A DNA stretch of 64,000 nucleotides from Balanoglossus misakiensis (lineage: Eukaryota; Animalia; Hemichordata). Shown here piece by piece: positions 25,101 to 38,500 of this stretch. The stretch lies in the NCBI GenBank assembly GCA_040954595.2, contig CM082597.2, positions 7,341,849 to 7,405,848 of the forward strand. Reading direction: 5' to 3'. Each line of letters begins with the position of its first letter. The first letter of the stretch is position 1. The translations under genes and the position numbers were made by a program. Below the pieces are notes generated by a model, which was not told where the DNA came from, did not search any database, and saw only the letters and a program-made list of their open reading frames with translations.

Positions 25101-27879
25101 CAAAGTCCCAAATATTCACTTAGAGCATCTCCAAATTGAAGCGTCAAGGAATTTAAGAGTTTTTATTATATTTATTAGGTTTAAACCCACATTTTCCCGT
25201 TGTGTGCTAGTTCAGGGGCCAGTTTTAGCTCTATTGAGTATTTAGCATCGTGGGATTGCACCCCTGTCCAATCAAAATGACGGAGGTATCATGATATAAT
25301 ATAATTTCTGATTTTGTATTCAGAACGAAGAGGATAAATGTCAACAATCTATCCGGAGCTGGTATAGATGTACTTAAAAAAATTATACCATGTATAACCG
25401 ACTTATAGTATACAGTGTGAATACATGGATCGTCTCGTTTTATTGTTGAGTTCCATTTTAGGCTAAATGTGCCAAATTGTGGCAACTCTGCCTTTCAATA
25501 TCATCAATTCAACTGATATCATATGGTATGACATTTTAAATATGCAAATATAACATCAAAACTCAAAAGGCAAAAAACACCAATTATTTTGTTTTCTGAA
25601 AAAGACAATTGTTGACTAGAAGATGGCTTAGTGGCAATTTTGTATTGAGTGGGGTCTTAATAAGACTGTTGCGTTGGTATCAGCATATTTTTTGCAAAAA
25701 ATGGACTTTCCATTCATAATCAAACATTTAAATACGAAGAAAACAGCTTGTTTTCATTTTTTCTTGAAATGACCTTTTTGACCAAAAATGGCCAAAATGA
25801 CAATTTTGTAGGGCTGAAAAGAATTTTTTTTTTGGAATCGGCTCCCTTTCAACAAAAATGGACCTTCTCCGTACATCATAAGATCTGAAAATAAAGAAAG
25901 AAGTTTTCAAACAGTTACCTTTTTTGAGCAAAGTGGCCAAAATGGCATTTTTTCCCTCTGTGGAGTCAGTAAGAGTGCTTTTTTGGAAAAATCGCTACTT
26001 TTAAGATAGAATGGACTTTTATTTATTATTAGATCACCAAAGGGAAACAAATAGCATGTTTTTAGTATTGTCTAAAAATGACCCTTTTTGGGCAAAAAGT
26101 ATTTTCATCTTCATTGAGATCAATAAGATTGCTTTTTCTAGAGTCAACAGCAATTTTTCAATAAATGGACTTTTCATACATGATCAAATTTCCAAATATA
26201 AAGAAAAACGTTTGCTTATTTCTTAAAATGGCCTTTTTGGGCAAAAACTTGCCAAAAAACGCACTTTAATCTTGAGTGGCGCCAATAAACCTACTTTTTT
26301 GAATACCTACCAAATTTTACACAAGGTGGGTATACAATACATTATCAGATCTCCGAAAGTGAAGAAAATATATAAGTTTTGAGTGTTTTCTAAAAATGAC
26401 ATTTTTGGGGCAAAAAGTGGCAAAAATGGCACATTTGCCTTGAGTGGGGGTTAATAAGGCTGCTATTTCTGGAATCAGAACTATTTTACATAGCATAAAC
26501 TTTTCATATATCACATGATCTCTGAATATGAAGAAAACAGTTTGTTTTTAGTTTTTTTGTAAAAATGACCTTTTTTGACCTCAAAAATATGGCCAAAAAT
26601 GGCATTTTTGTATTGATTGGGGTCAAAAAGACTGCTTTATGTTTTATAGTCACCATTTTACGCATAGAATTGACTTTCCATATGTCATCAAATCAATCAA
26701 TATGAAGAGAAGAGTGTGTTTTAAGTTTTGTCTAAAAATGACGTTTTTGGGCAAAAAATGGTCAAAAAGGCAATTTTGTCTCGTTTGGGGTCAGTCAGAC
26801 TGCTTTTTTCGTAATATCAACCAAATTTTACATAGAATAGGCATATCATATGTCATCAGATCTTCGAATGTGACGAAAACAGTGTGTTTTTAGTGTTTTC
26901 TAAAAATGACCTTTTTTGGGTTAAAAAGTGCCAAAATGGCAATTTTGTCTTGGGTGGGGTCAGTTAGACTGCTTTTTTCGTAATATCAACCACATTTTAC
27001 ATAGAATAGGCATATCATATGTCATCAGATCTTCGAATGTGACGAAAACAGTGTGTTTTTAGTGTTTTCTAAAAATGACCTTTTTTTGGGTTAAAAAGTG
27101 CCAAAATGGCAATTTTGTCTCGGGTGGGGTCAATAAGACTGCCTTTTTTGGAATCAGCACTATTTTTTACATAGAATGGACTTCACAAACCTTCCTTACC
27201 AATTTTTTTATTTAAAGGCACCTGTCTCCTAGGGTAATAACTTGTCATCATAGTCACTAATTGGTAAGGGTACTTGGAAGTATGACGTAATGATGACGTA
27301 ATTGATTATTATATCAATATTTTGCAATAATTAGATACTTTACTCAATCAGCTTTCTGTTGATACCAAACACATCACAGTTTTCATCAGTACAATTGCTC
27401 AGAGACGTGTTTTGCAAAACCTCACATTTATACAAATTATAGGTGAACAGAACACCATTTTCGTAAGGGTATTTTGACTTATGACGTCACTATGATGTCA
27501 TGATTTGTCATATCACTTTAATTTTGTAATTAATGGAAAGCTTGTTTATTAAGCTTTCTTTTGATACCAAATACTTCCCTGTTGTTCTAGGTATACATTC
27601 AGAGAGACAGTATTTTACAAGACTAATTTACCCCCCTACGTCAATTTATATGCACTTTTAGGCTTTTCTACATACGTTACCCAATATAATTTAGAAGCCA
27701 ATAACTCGAAAACGCCCCGGTGCCCAGATGGCAAACAAAGTGAATTTTACTCAGTATATGATAGGCTTTCAGAAAAACATTGTCTCAAAAATTCCCCCGG
27801 GGGGGGGGGAGGTAAACCCCTACTGGCTCATGGTCTAATATAGCTAATTTGATTTTTCAAAAGCCTTACCCATTAATGA

Positions 27880-27933
<54 letters not shown>

Positions 27934-27966
27934 ATATATATATGTCTGTCTGTCTGTCTGTCTGCC

Positions 27967-28007
<41 letters not shown>

Positions 28008-31000
28008 GCATTATTTATTTCATAACCTAACATTTATTACTCAGATTAGTATCAACTTGAATTGGTGAATAGTGTAATTGAAGGCACTGTCCATATTTTG
28101 TAAATTTATTTGTGATATCAGCCGACAGATATGTATGGTTACAGCTGCCTCTCTGTTCGAACACCTTATATCAATGATTGTGATTACAACGTAGCTTACA
28201 GCGCCCTCAATCACATTTACGGCGGTTTAACAGTAAGTCTGTGAAAATACATTTAATATCGTCAAATAACATTCGCATATTTTATAGCCTCTTATTTGAG
28301 GAAAAGTGCGTAAAAGCGTATTATTTTGGACGCCAAGGGATTTCTGCGACATTTTGAGTGTTCACATCTGAACATCAGGAAAGGAATACTTTGTATCAAA
28401 ACTGAAATTTTCGGAATTTTGAATGAAAATATCCATGAAAACTAGAAATCTTTCATAACCCTTTTCGATCACCCCTAGTTTCCTTTATAGAGATCAAACT
28501 TCTCCATAGGAAGCAAATTATTTAGACTGAACCATGGTAGTGAAGAGATTAACGTTTCATAAACAGAGACATGTAATGGAAGGAGTCTCTGTGATTTCAT
28601 GCCTTTTCTTACATATTTCATTATATTTCTTGTCGGAATGTTGAAGAAAATAAAATAGAATCTAGATACATAGACATTACGTGCGAAACATATTATTAAT
28701 TCAACATTCCATATAAGAATATACTACAATTTCTGCGATGAAATCATGCTTTGAAAGCAATCTCTAACACTTGAAATGTGCTGTCTATCAACAGAAACCG
28801 GGAAACACGACTGCTCTTCTTGGCGATGTAAGTATATAACAGCTTGAAGTAAATAGACAACAAAACTCCTTTGACGCTCCTTGAAGTAATTTTTTTCATA
28901 TTTTTCATGGCTGTATTTTCAAACTCTGATTAGCCAATGACTGCGGCCTTATTATCATGACATCGGTCTGATGTTGGATAGGGACTATGAGAACGCCAGA
29001 AATTCCATCCAAAATCACAAATTTACACTGTCATAAAGATTTCCCATACTGGTGAAAAACGAACCTGGTGGCATAGCCCTCACCAATTAAGTATTCATAA
29101 CATGTTGGCATACACGGGCGATGTGACAATAGGAGAGAGTGGGAATAAAACGGGGGTACAAGGCTGAGATCTGGGGAGTCTAGGACAGAGGATCGTGGAG
29201 ACACGTTAAAGGACCACGCATGACCGGACAAGAGATGACAACTCCCCTCCACGTTTTACACAGTTATAATTCCCACTCCTCCCGCACTATAGCATAATGA
29301 GATATTCAGAACGTAAGTGCTCGAGTAGGCTTATTTTTATTAAATTCTTACACCATCAGTTGTATGCGGCCCTCGGCGATTCGAAACCAAGAACCACCTC
29401 GGGGTCGGTGGTTCTCTTATTACGTACTTCTCAGTATTAGCTAGCGTGTTAGCCCCATCGATATAGTTTATTTCTCCGTTACATTCCCGACACAAATCCA
29501 CCCGCGTGACAGTATGTTAAAATGTGAACAAGTTAAATAATAAAGCTAAGTATATTATGTCTTGGAGTACATCGGCATCAGAAAAATGATGCTAAAATTC
29601 ACAGCTTGGAGTTGTGTGGGGCTTTCATGAACTCGATACACAAGCAATCTACTTATGAACTCAAAGACAACTGATAATTATGTCCCTAGCTGATTAAACT
29701 TTCTTTGTTTTCCCTTTACAGTTCAAAACGTTCGACCAACAGGAACTCTTTTCTGCACTTTATTCGACAGATATCGAATCAGCCAGCATGGATTTACTCG
29801 GCTATGTCTATGTGCCATCTGGCTGTAACACCCGATACAGTGGTAAGTCCTTCTGATCAGTTATTTAACCATGCAAAATTGCGTCCAAATTTGGCACTAG
29901 GTGCCATCCCATCAAATGAAGGACGATGTTAAATTCAAAGTATTCTTTTTTTAGATTGTAAAGTCCACGTTACCCTACATGGTTGTTTACAAGGAAGGTA
30001 AGTGTTTTAATAATTCAAACCATCTCTTTGGTTTCCTTGAATATCGTCCACTATCTGACCGTGATTGATACATTTAACTTTTGGTTTTCATTATTAATCA
30101 CACATTATTTTGGGACAAATTGATAGCATGGGACCGTATTTGCTGTGGTTTATCTTTTCTGCAATATTTTATTTTGTTTAATTTTGGTGAAGTTGAAGTC
30201 AAACAACTGGGTCTGTCACTGCATACGGTTGCAGTTGACAGAACAAGCCATAAAACACTGAATTAGTCATCATCACTTGTACGTACTACCCGGCCGAGTA
30301 TTTCCTTGCAGTTTGCACGGCGTGTATGCATTACATCGGTAAGCCATAAAGGGAGGGAATTAGTCTGGTCTCTTGATCAGTTTCCATCGCACAGTGCTAC
30401 AAAACTAAATATTAAACTCTAAGAGTTGTGAATTGTTAATTTTGGCTAAATTTGAGAGAATTGTCTATAATATTGAATACATAACAATGTGACCCTTGTG
30501 AAAATTTACAGAAGGTATCTAGGAGATGTATATGCACGCAACACAGGTTACAACGAAGTTGCGGAACTAAATGACATCATCATCATATACCCTCAAGCAA
30601 TTCCAAAGCCTGCGATCGGAAATCTTTATGGATGCTGGGATTGGTATGTTACTTCTGTCAAGACTTGTATCATTTTTCCTTTGTTGTAAATAGCTATAAT
30701 CGAGTCCGAGTTGATTATACATAACAATAAATTATTATGTATATTTAATAATGGGAGTCTTGGGGTTTCTGGTCATGATGTAAATGATAATATTACCTGT
30801 GTGATGGCTAACATTATGCCAGCTATATGTGATGAATATGTCAAGGAAAACATGCACAGGCGCTGGCACAACTTTATGTGAGATGTAATTATTACACTTT
30901 CAAAAGAGTCCTTTGAACTGCACACGTGTGTCTTATCTGTTCATAACAGACACTATTAATAAACTTTGTTATCACTGTTGAGGAGACTCTAGCTTCCAAC

Positions 31001-31422
31001 CAATACATGTTATGACAAATTAAAGTAACTTGGAATATTAATAAAAGGAACTGTGTCATTGGGCAAAACAATTCTAAGTAACATTTTTGTTTTTAATCAG
31101 GTGGGGTTTCACAGGCTCTGACTACGGTAGGTAATTTCAGATGCAATGGTTTTCTACTCGTTCGTTATAAACCGTCGAACGGACAAAGAACAATTTGATA
31201 CCCATCATGTTCAAGGGTGAAATGTTGGTTAGCTTTAATGTTCTAGTCTTATTGCGCGAAAAATATATTGAATTGTCAGTCCTGATTTTACTTGTTATGT
31301 AGTTTGCATCTTCAAGCATGGTGTAAATCGTATTCTCTTCTTGATCTTTAATCCCTACAGCTACCAAGCTGGCTCCACAGATGAGAGTCATTCACGAAAT
31401 GATTAATCGAGTTCTTGCATAA
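19166..31422 (+). CDS. Secreted poly(3-hydroxybutyrate) depolymerase-like hydrolase (fungal-type / type II catalytic domain PhaZ), 11 exons, 335 aa, catalytic triad intact
   Basis: Exons 19166-19223, 20366-20503, 22254-22451, 23189-23274, 28122-28232, 28795-28827, 29722-29842, 29955-29997, 30512-30643, 31101-31126, 31361-31422; all GT-AG and in frame (1008 nt). Signal peptide MMILVILSALLPAVCC. Lipase box VSISGFSSGACFATQFHVAYS; RVFIYAGKADS (Asp); AEHAL (His); PYINDCDYN; GYVYVPSGC; CKVHVTLHGCLQG; GYNEVAELNDIIIIYPQA; GCWDWWGFTGSDYATKLAPQM. Motif order matches circularly permuted extracellular PHB depolymerases. Confidence 0.9.
20965..21340. repeat. Degenerate AT-rich tandem repeat (~155-bp unit)
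   Basis: TATATCAATTTCTTTTAT.ATTA.ATTATTTTCTGAATTT recurs at ~20968 and ~21123, with a third degenerate copy near 21280. Confidence 0.65.
21582..21796. repeat. ~110-bp tandem duplication
   Basis: AATATCATTTTATTTTGGGCTGA.TAAGGTAGCTGGTA..GAACTGTGTTTCGTGTAAT.TGCACCCA occurs twice. Confidence 0.8.
23637..27837. mobile_element. 4.2-kb non-autonomous foldback DNA transposon with ~1.15-1.3 kb TIRs, in intron 4 of the first PHB depolymerase-like gene
   Basis: Left end TAGACCATGAGCCAGTAGGGGTTTACCTCCCC; right end GGGGAGGTAAACCCCTACTGGCTCATGGTCTA. Near-perfect inverted arms 23637-~24785 and ~26517-27837. ATA on both flanks (3-bp TSD; a TA-TSD reading is also possible). Internal ~170-bp subrepeats; no transposase ORF. 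Confidence 0.9.
27880..28008. repeat. Compound microsatellite (TCTA)n(TA)n(TCTG)n
   Basis: Directly visible. Confidence 0.95.
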
Positions 31423-32683
31423 CGATTGACATGGATACAAGTATACAACACCACGGACAAATACGGAACGAAACTTCTTGAAGAGTATTTGTTTACAAGA
31501 TCACCGCGACATTTGCAAGCTGAAACGATTTTACTGTTTCTCGCATATCCTCTTAAATGTATTTGTGGTCGCTTTTCTGGGCTTTAAGGTAATAAAAAGT
31601 ATTATTGAGCAAAGCATACTAATCTCTCAGAAAGCTTTGATCAAGACGCTGAATCTTTAAAGTCTGGGTCTAAGATCAGTGTCTCACCCTCGACTCCATC
31701 TCCCGTAAGCTTACGAAAACAACGGCAACAAGCTATAATGCTGCATCAATATTTAAATTTGTAATATATACCTCATGCTAATACTGTGTCGTGATTCGCC
31801 AGAATCCGTCACGTGATAGGAAATTAGAATCGACTATGAATCCCTAGGGAAATAGCAGAACAAATATAAACCGGTCACGTGACAAACGTGAGTTCACAGA
31901 CACGGGTCACATCAATCAGCATCGCGTGATAGCATGAGGTTAATTATAAAACACCTATGGCCTGGCCTATATTCGGGCTGGCCTATATTCGGGCGCGGCC
32001 ATAGCAGCCGTTTTTCCCCCTCGTGACTGTGAGTTACCAGTATCATATGCTATTTCCCTCGGCCACTATTTGTATTCAGCAGTGTTATAACGTAGTGTGA
32101 CTTTATCTTGATATCACTTCTTTTCCAAGTCTAAATACATTAGGGGTGATTTTTGTATATTTTGTACACGTACTCAAAAAGGTGCATTCTGAAATATATA
32201 CCCAATTTCCCTTGGTCGCGAAAATGATTAAATCTCGATGTGTCGTGCGCCACCAAAGGCTAATTACAAGTGTCATGTTGATCTCTCATTAATCTGCATC
32301 GACAGTTTCCATTGTAAATTGTATATTATTGTATATAAAATCAAAATATCAATTACAAACAAATAGGAGGGAGATAATATTGTGCTTAAATGGTCGTAAG
32401 TTATAATCTGGTCGCCATAATATCCCACTACATTTCACAGTACACACATAGCAAATTGAAAAAAGTGGGTCATTCGCCGAGTGCTTTTTTGAGGACACAT
32501 AGTCGCCACTTTTTTCTAGCTTTAATATTAATATGAACTACGGCAACTAGCCTGTTAGCTGTTAAGATCTATAATAAGACTTTTACGTAACTTTGGGCAA
32601 TTTCCCTGGGGATTTATTCTGATGTGACCACAAGTGTTCCAGAAAGATTTCCCATCAGTGATAACTTCAAACAAGTCCCGCAG

Positions 32684-32939
32684 TAGTCTGGTCCCCTGCC
32701 CCATTCCCACCGCTGGCTGCGCTACGCTAAAGGGAAAGGGTCAAGCACGGCCGTTTGCAAACGTGGCTCTCATTGGCGTACGGACCTTGGAGGCATCCAT
32801 CTTATTTATGATCACGTGGTATTTGTTTCAGTATAAATATGCTGGCCAGGTTTTTGGCCAAGATCGGGCCGTACCTGACCCCTTCCTTTTAGCGTGGCGC
32901 AGCCAGCGCCGGGTGGGATTGAGGTCGGGGACCAGACTA
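32684..32939. mobile_element. MITE with TAG..CTA ends and 9-bp TSD
   Basis: GTCCCGCAG|TAGTCTGGTCCCCTGCC..CGCTGGCTGCGCTACGCTAAAG...CTTTTAGCGTGGCGCAGCCAGCG..GGGGACCAGACTA|GTCCAGCAG. Related copy at 45972-46357 and a remnant at ~18339-18410. Confidence 0.85.
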
Positions 32940-33425
32940 GTCCAGCAGTACATCTGTAACTCAATCACAAATGTCCGCTAATCACCATGTGTATGTATCA
33001 CGTGACAAAGAACCCCGCCCGTGTTTCTGTTCATCGACAAGAAACGTATACCCATTTGTGTATAGAAGCTCTGGGTAATATCAATGAAACGAAGACATTG
33101 CTTTAAACTGTATGCTAGTCAATGCTATTCCCTAACATTTTAGATAATATAGGCCTAGATGTTTTCATATTTGTATGGTACGAATATTCACCTTCCGATG
33201 ACACACATAAAATGTTTTATCAATGTTCAACGACAGCTGTCGATTCCCTTTGGTGTTGGTGTCACCTAAACCTTTCAGGTCACATTATCAGTCTGATAAC
33301 TTAGTAAGTCAACAAGACCAGGTACCTCCTATCCGTGAAGGATTGATTACAACAAAGCTTCATTGAAGACAGCTGTCTGTGTTTTGTTGCTGTTTTGGAT
33401 CATCAGTCCACATCAACTTTTCAAG

Positions 33426-35489
33426 ATGGCGTCATTGGCATGGTTTGCAGTCGTTCTGTCGTCTGTGGTAACAACAAGTCGGTGCGCTCTGTGGGTACCA
33501 GATCCTGATCCAGACCCCCTTGGTCAGTAAACAAATCGGTTTTTGTTTAAATTAAGTCTTCGATAACTGCCAGCAAGACAATTATTTGCAATTGACGATT
33601 TTTGCAAAAGCATGATTGAATGATGTTTAAATTTAATGATGAGTAAGCTCTTATTATCAGATATGATATGTCGCCTAGATAGTCGGTACCAAGATAGTCG
33701 GTGGTTTACAAGGTGGGCATGTCAAAATTGTGCTGAAAGACCCTTTCGCGGTCTTTTGTGTCAGGGAGAAAAACGACCGATGCATTCTGGTAAACTCCAA
33801 CAAATAATAATGTTCTAGAAAATTTATATTTTCGTACTAAGTTGCTATCACTACTGTCTGTTAAGCTATTTGCTTCGACGATCGAAATGTGCATTTGAGG
33901 GTGTACAATCTGTGGAAATGCGATGTATTGCGAAACCAGGATTGTAACTCATGAAAAGAAAATCAGTAACATCACTAAGCTGGTGTTGTTATTCTTCGTG
34001 ATTTCCTGAAAGCATGTTTTAACATACAATGTACATGGAATTAAATTTGTTCGGTATGGAAAAACCATGACAACCAATGCGAATCCTTCCTTGTCGCCTG
34101 TAAGTCTGCGTGTCAATATACAAATGAATGTTGAGATGAAACATTCTTTATTTTTGAAATAACCCCGGTGGTACAGATTGGAAAGATCGCAGCTAAAGAT
34201 GTCGAAAGAAATGTATTCTTTTTATTTCGGGCCAAGTCGTTTCAACACTAGACGGTGTCCCTATGTGTGTATGTGACGTCACATCTTCATGCCCAGTATA
34301 CGTAGGTCTATCATATTATTCCTTATCACTTAAATGTGTTTTTACAGCCGGTTATGGTGCAGATGCAACTCAAGTATCAGTTAGCGGTGTGGGGTCAGGA
34401 GGTTACATGGCAGTGCAGGTGCAAATAGCACACTCTGGTAGTATTATGGGATGCGGAACCCTGGCTTCAGGTAAGCATGCACGATGAAATCCTCAATCTG
34501 GCAAGAATTGATTTTTAGGATTTCAAATCTAGATGCAGAATTTTACTATTATAGACCATATTGCTGCCTGGAGGTGTTAGCCTTAGTTGCAAGTTCGACA
34601 CCTTAAAATCTTGCTATTACGTGTATAGTACCTCAATATTTAATTATTTTTCATGGCAGTATCAATGATATACTTGGTCTATAAAATGTGTTATTTCTGC
34701 TACACAAAAATTTTATTTAGCGTTTTCAACAATGCTTTCAAACTAAAGCACATGTTGTCGCTTATTACTGTATTGATATAAACTCCTTCATTTGTGTTTC
34801 TTCTATGTATCCATGCCTACGTATACCAAAATCTAATGCACCACAGTGAATAATGTGATATTATCACTGGATTAATCTTATCTGGCGTCATTGAGATATT
34901 GATGTCAAAGACACACTGATACACTGTGACTATGGTCAGGGGCTACATATCAGAAGCGCCCTCACCACTACTCAGTTTGAATACGCTCCTCCGGTTTTGA
35001 AGTCTTATTGGAGTGACCACTTCGACCAATTTCTGCCCCTTTGAACGAATGGAATCCCCCATCCAAGCTCTAAAAGCTAATTACATGTACTCTTCTCTTC
35101 TAGGGCCATACCACTGTGCCGAGGGAAGTACCCTAAAAGCGCTAGGGGCATGTTCAGACACACCCCAAGACATTGATGTCACCACATTGATTGATTTTAC
35201 ATATACAGCTGCAGGCGCTGGAGATATTGACCCCGTATCAAACATTGCAGATGACAGAGTGTACCTTTTTAGTGGAACCCTCGACACCACCGTTGTGCCC
35301 GGTACGAATTTTGCTATAAAGACGATTAAGGCACTATTGTAATGGTTTGTGATCATCGCTGCAAAAGCCAATCTCGAAGTTCACTCCCTTCTTAACAATA
35401 TTTTTTTTTACAAAACAATTACAGAACATTAGCTAAACAATCCCAACTTTCTTGATCGCATCCATGGAAAACGATATGTCTTTTACATC

Positions 35490-35527
<38 letters not shown>

Positions 35528-38500
35528 CAGACAGACAGACAGAGACAGACACAGACAGACAGACAGACAGACAGACAGTATCTATCACTTACCTCAGGCT
35601 CTCTGAAAAGCAGGGTTGCAGTTGGCTTAGTGAAGTTTTTAATTGAGTTTACATCTGCAAACATTATGAAGATCTTCAGGCACAAAAACCCAATGTTGAA
35701 CCGCATACAGTATATTATAGCTTTGTACAGTAATACACACATGTGTTGTTATCATTGACAGGTGTTGTGTTGGAACTTGAGAGCTACTACAAGGAGTTCA
35801 TCAACTTGGCGCAAATCTTTACCGAATACAGTGTAAATGCCAACTATGCTTTGGTAGGTATTGTGAGAATAAGAATTTCATCAGAGTATATGTTTGGTTG
35901 AGTATACTAGCGAAATTGATCGTCCAAGAAGTCTACATTTCCTTTCAAATAAGTGACAAAGAATTCAAAAGAAATATATAATTTCGTTCATAAATATGTC
36001 TGTCTTTGAAGTGTCATAACTCCTCCGTTATATACAATCAATTGACAACAAACAGCGCAAGTCTGTCAGTGACGTATGAATGAATCATTTTATGTAATGA
36101 AGCCTATATGCGCGATATAAAAATCCTCCTAATAAAGTTTTTTGGCCCGCGGTATTAATAAGTCAATTGCTTGATATAATTGCTGATTGCATTGTTTCAT
36201 TATATCCAGATAACAGAGCATTATGGCAATGGCTGTACAACCAGTAGAACGCCATTTATCAACGATTGTGACTACCCAGCAGCCTTCGAATTACTCAATT
36301 ATATCTATGGGGGTGGATTGCAGGTATATATCAATTATATAATTATACAGTAAAATCCGTCTTAACAGGACCCCAATAGTACTGTAGAAGTTGTCCGGTT
36401 TGCAGAGGTGCCTGGTTTCTGGAGTTTAGTTATACATGTGTTTATATGTGAAGGGGAGCGGATTAGACTGGGTTCAATTCAGACAGATTTTACAAAACCA
36501 CGTGACCCTTCACCCAACGTCTCTATGTGCAAATATTTACTATACACGCCTTCAGTCATGAAAGTATTAAAGTGTTTCTATGTCATAATTTTGTTTGGGA
36601 TCAGTTCTCTAATATTCGATAGCTGACATAAATCGAATACGAAGTGAGTCAGTTGGTTCAATGAGTCGTAATTTAATGCCTTAAGGGTTCACGTAATTTT
36701 TGTTATGCGAAGTTACTGATGTATGTACCTAGCAAGTACCAACTGACTATATGCTGGTTGTGAAAACATCGAAATTCGGGGAAATGTTGCTCCTCACATG
36801 TAACTAATGTCCATGAAACCGTGGTTTGCCGGTTTTTCTGGGTTGGGTTGTGTTGTGTTGTGTTGTGTTGTGTTGTGTTGTGTTGTGTTGTGTTGTGTTG
36901 TGTTGTGTTGTGTTGTGTTGTGTTGTGTTGTGTTTTAAGGGAATCGTCTTTGGGCTGTTCTGAATTTACTTGTGTTTATTGTCACGTTTCACAAGACTGT
37001 CTTTTGTAAACAGTTGTATATTGAAAAAAGTGCAATGTTTAGAGACTGCAGCAGCAAGTCTTTCATTTTTATCCCTTAGAATATCCTCTACAGATCTGCC
37101 AATGCCACGCATTGTAAAAAGTTGGAAGAACGCATTCACTCCACATTCAATCCATGTCAACAATGTCTAAGCATACATAATTTAAACTTTTTTTCTCGCG
37201 TGTGTTATGGTTCCTTTACAGAAACCATCATACACAGTTCAACCTGGTGGAGATGTAAGTTATGTTCGATTTTGTACTCTATTGGCAGAAGGCAATACAA
37301 TTCCACAGTGACAAATATTAAGCAGTGATGTGTATCAAATGTTAATATAAAAATTATATCAGGGGTTTGACTTCAATATAATTTTTCGTGAGTATCAACA
37401 ATATGTGTGAAGTGACCGTAACTATTTAGATTCTGTTAGCGACGGGTGAACGACAAAAATGACCCATCTGGGAGGAGTCGACTGTATTGATTGGTGTGTG
37501 CTAATCTCTTCACGAAATGCCAATGTACGACTTGATGTTCTTTCATTGAAAGATGACCACCTACTTCAGAAAAGAAAATATTCTTTGGTCTGGTGACAGT
37601 ATAGTGCAACTTTGTAGTTTCTGAATATGATTGTTGCTGTGGTCACTAAAATAAAAAAGATAACTGCAAATTGTGTTATTCGTTGTAATTCAATATTGTG
37701 ATATAGACATACCGTAAACTGTTTTGGTGGCACTTATGTTGAAATCTAAGCGAAATTTTCTTTATTTTAGTTACTATCTTTCGATCAGAAAGAGTTGGAA
37801 CCAGCATTTGTGGGTAGTACAAGTCTTGACGATGTCGGGTACATCTACGTACCGACAGGTTGTGCACATACACCTGGTCAGTACTTCTTCATGACTTGCT
37901 CCAAACAGTACTATGAAATATGCTAAATGTCTGAATGAAACTTTTTTATCTGAATGACATTAAGAATGTACTTGCATGATGATTACGACTGTCTCTCTCT
38001 CTCGCTCTCTCTGTATCTCTCTCAGGATGTAAAATGCATATCGTTTTCCATGGATGCGATCAAGGAAGGTGGGATTGTTTAGCTAAATTTCTGCTTGTTT
38101 GTAAAATAATTTTTTAAGAAGGGAGCTAACCTCGAGATCGGCTTTTGCAGCGTTGATCACTAACCAGTACAATGGTGGACCTGGTGAACGCGAGTATGAC
38201 CATTCATATAACATTAGCATTCGGTGTTCACTAACACCCAGTCTTGTTTTCATTTTGATTCAGAAACCAGTTGGCCGAAGAATTTGCTTTGAATTCTGGG
38301 TACAACGAAGTCGGTGAACTGAATGATATTATTATAGTATATCCCCAGGCAATGCCTAGCACCGGAAACACCAATGGATGTTTTGACTGGTGAGATGATT
38401 TTTCTTTTAGTTTTTCTTGCGTGGATTAACTAGTTAATGATGTATATAGATTACGCGTTTTTCGTTAGTCAATCTGGACTGAAAGCGTCAGTCGTGTGCG

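Noticed and set aside
24409-26893. Mirror-image 84-aa ORFs (24409-24663 minus, 26639-26893 plus) as a transposase
   Set aside because: They arise from the inverted arms of the foldback element and show no transposase motifs.
29029-29260. Possible solo LTR (TG..CA, AATAAA)
   Set aside because: No TSD, PBS/PPT or second copy in the window.
36821-37009. Cys/Val-rich ORF (CCVVL repeats), plus poly-L/poly-N ORFs at 60767-61116
   Set aside because: Translations of microsatellites.
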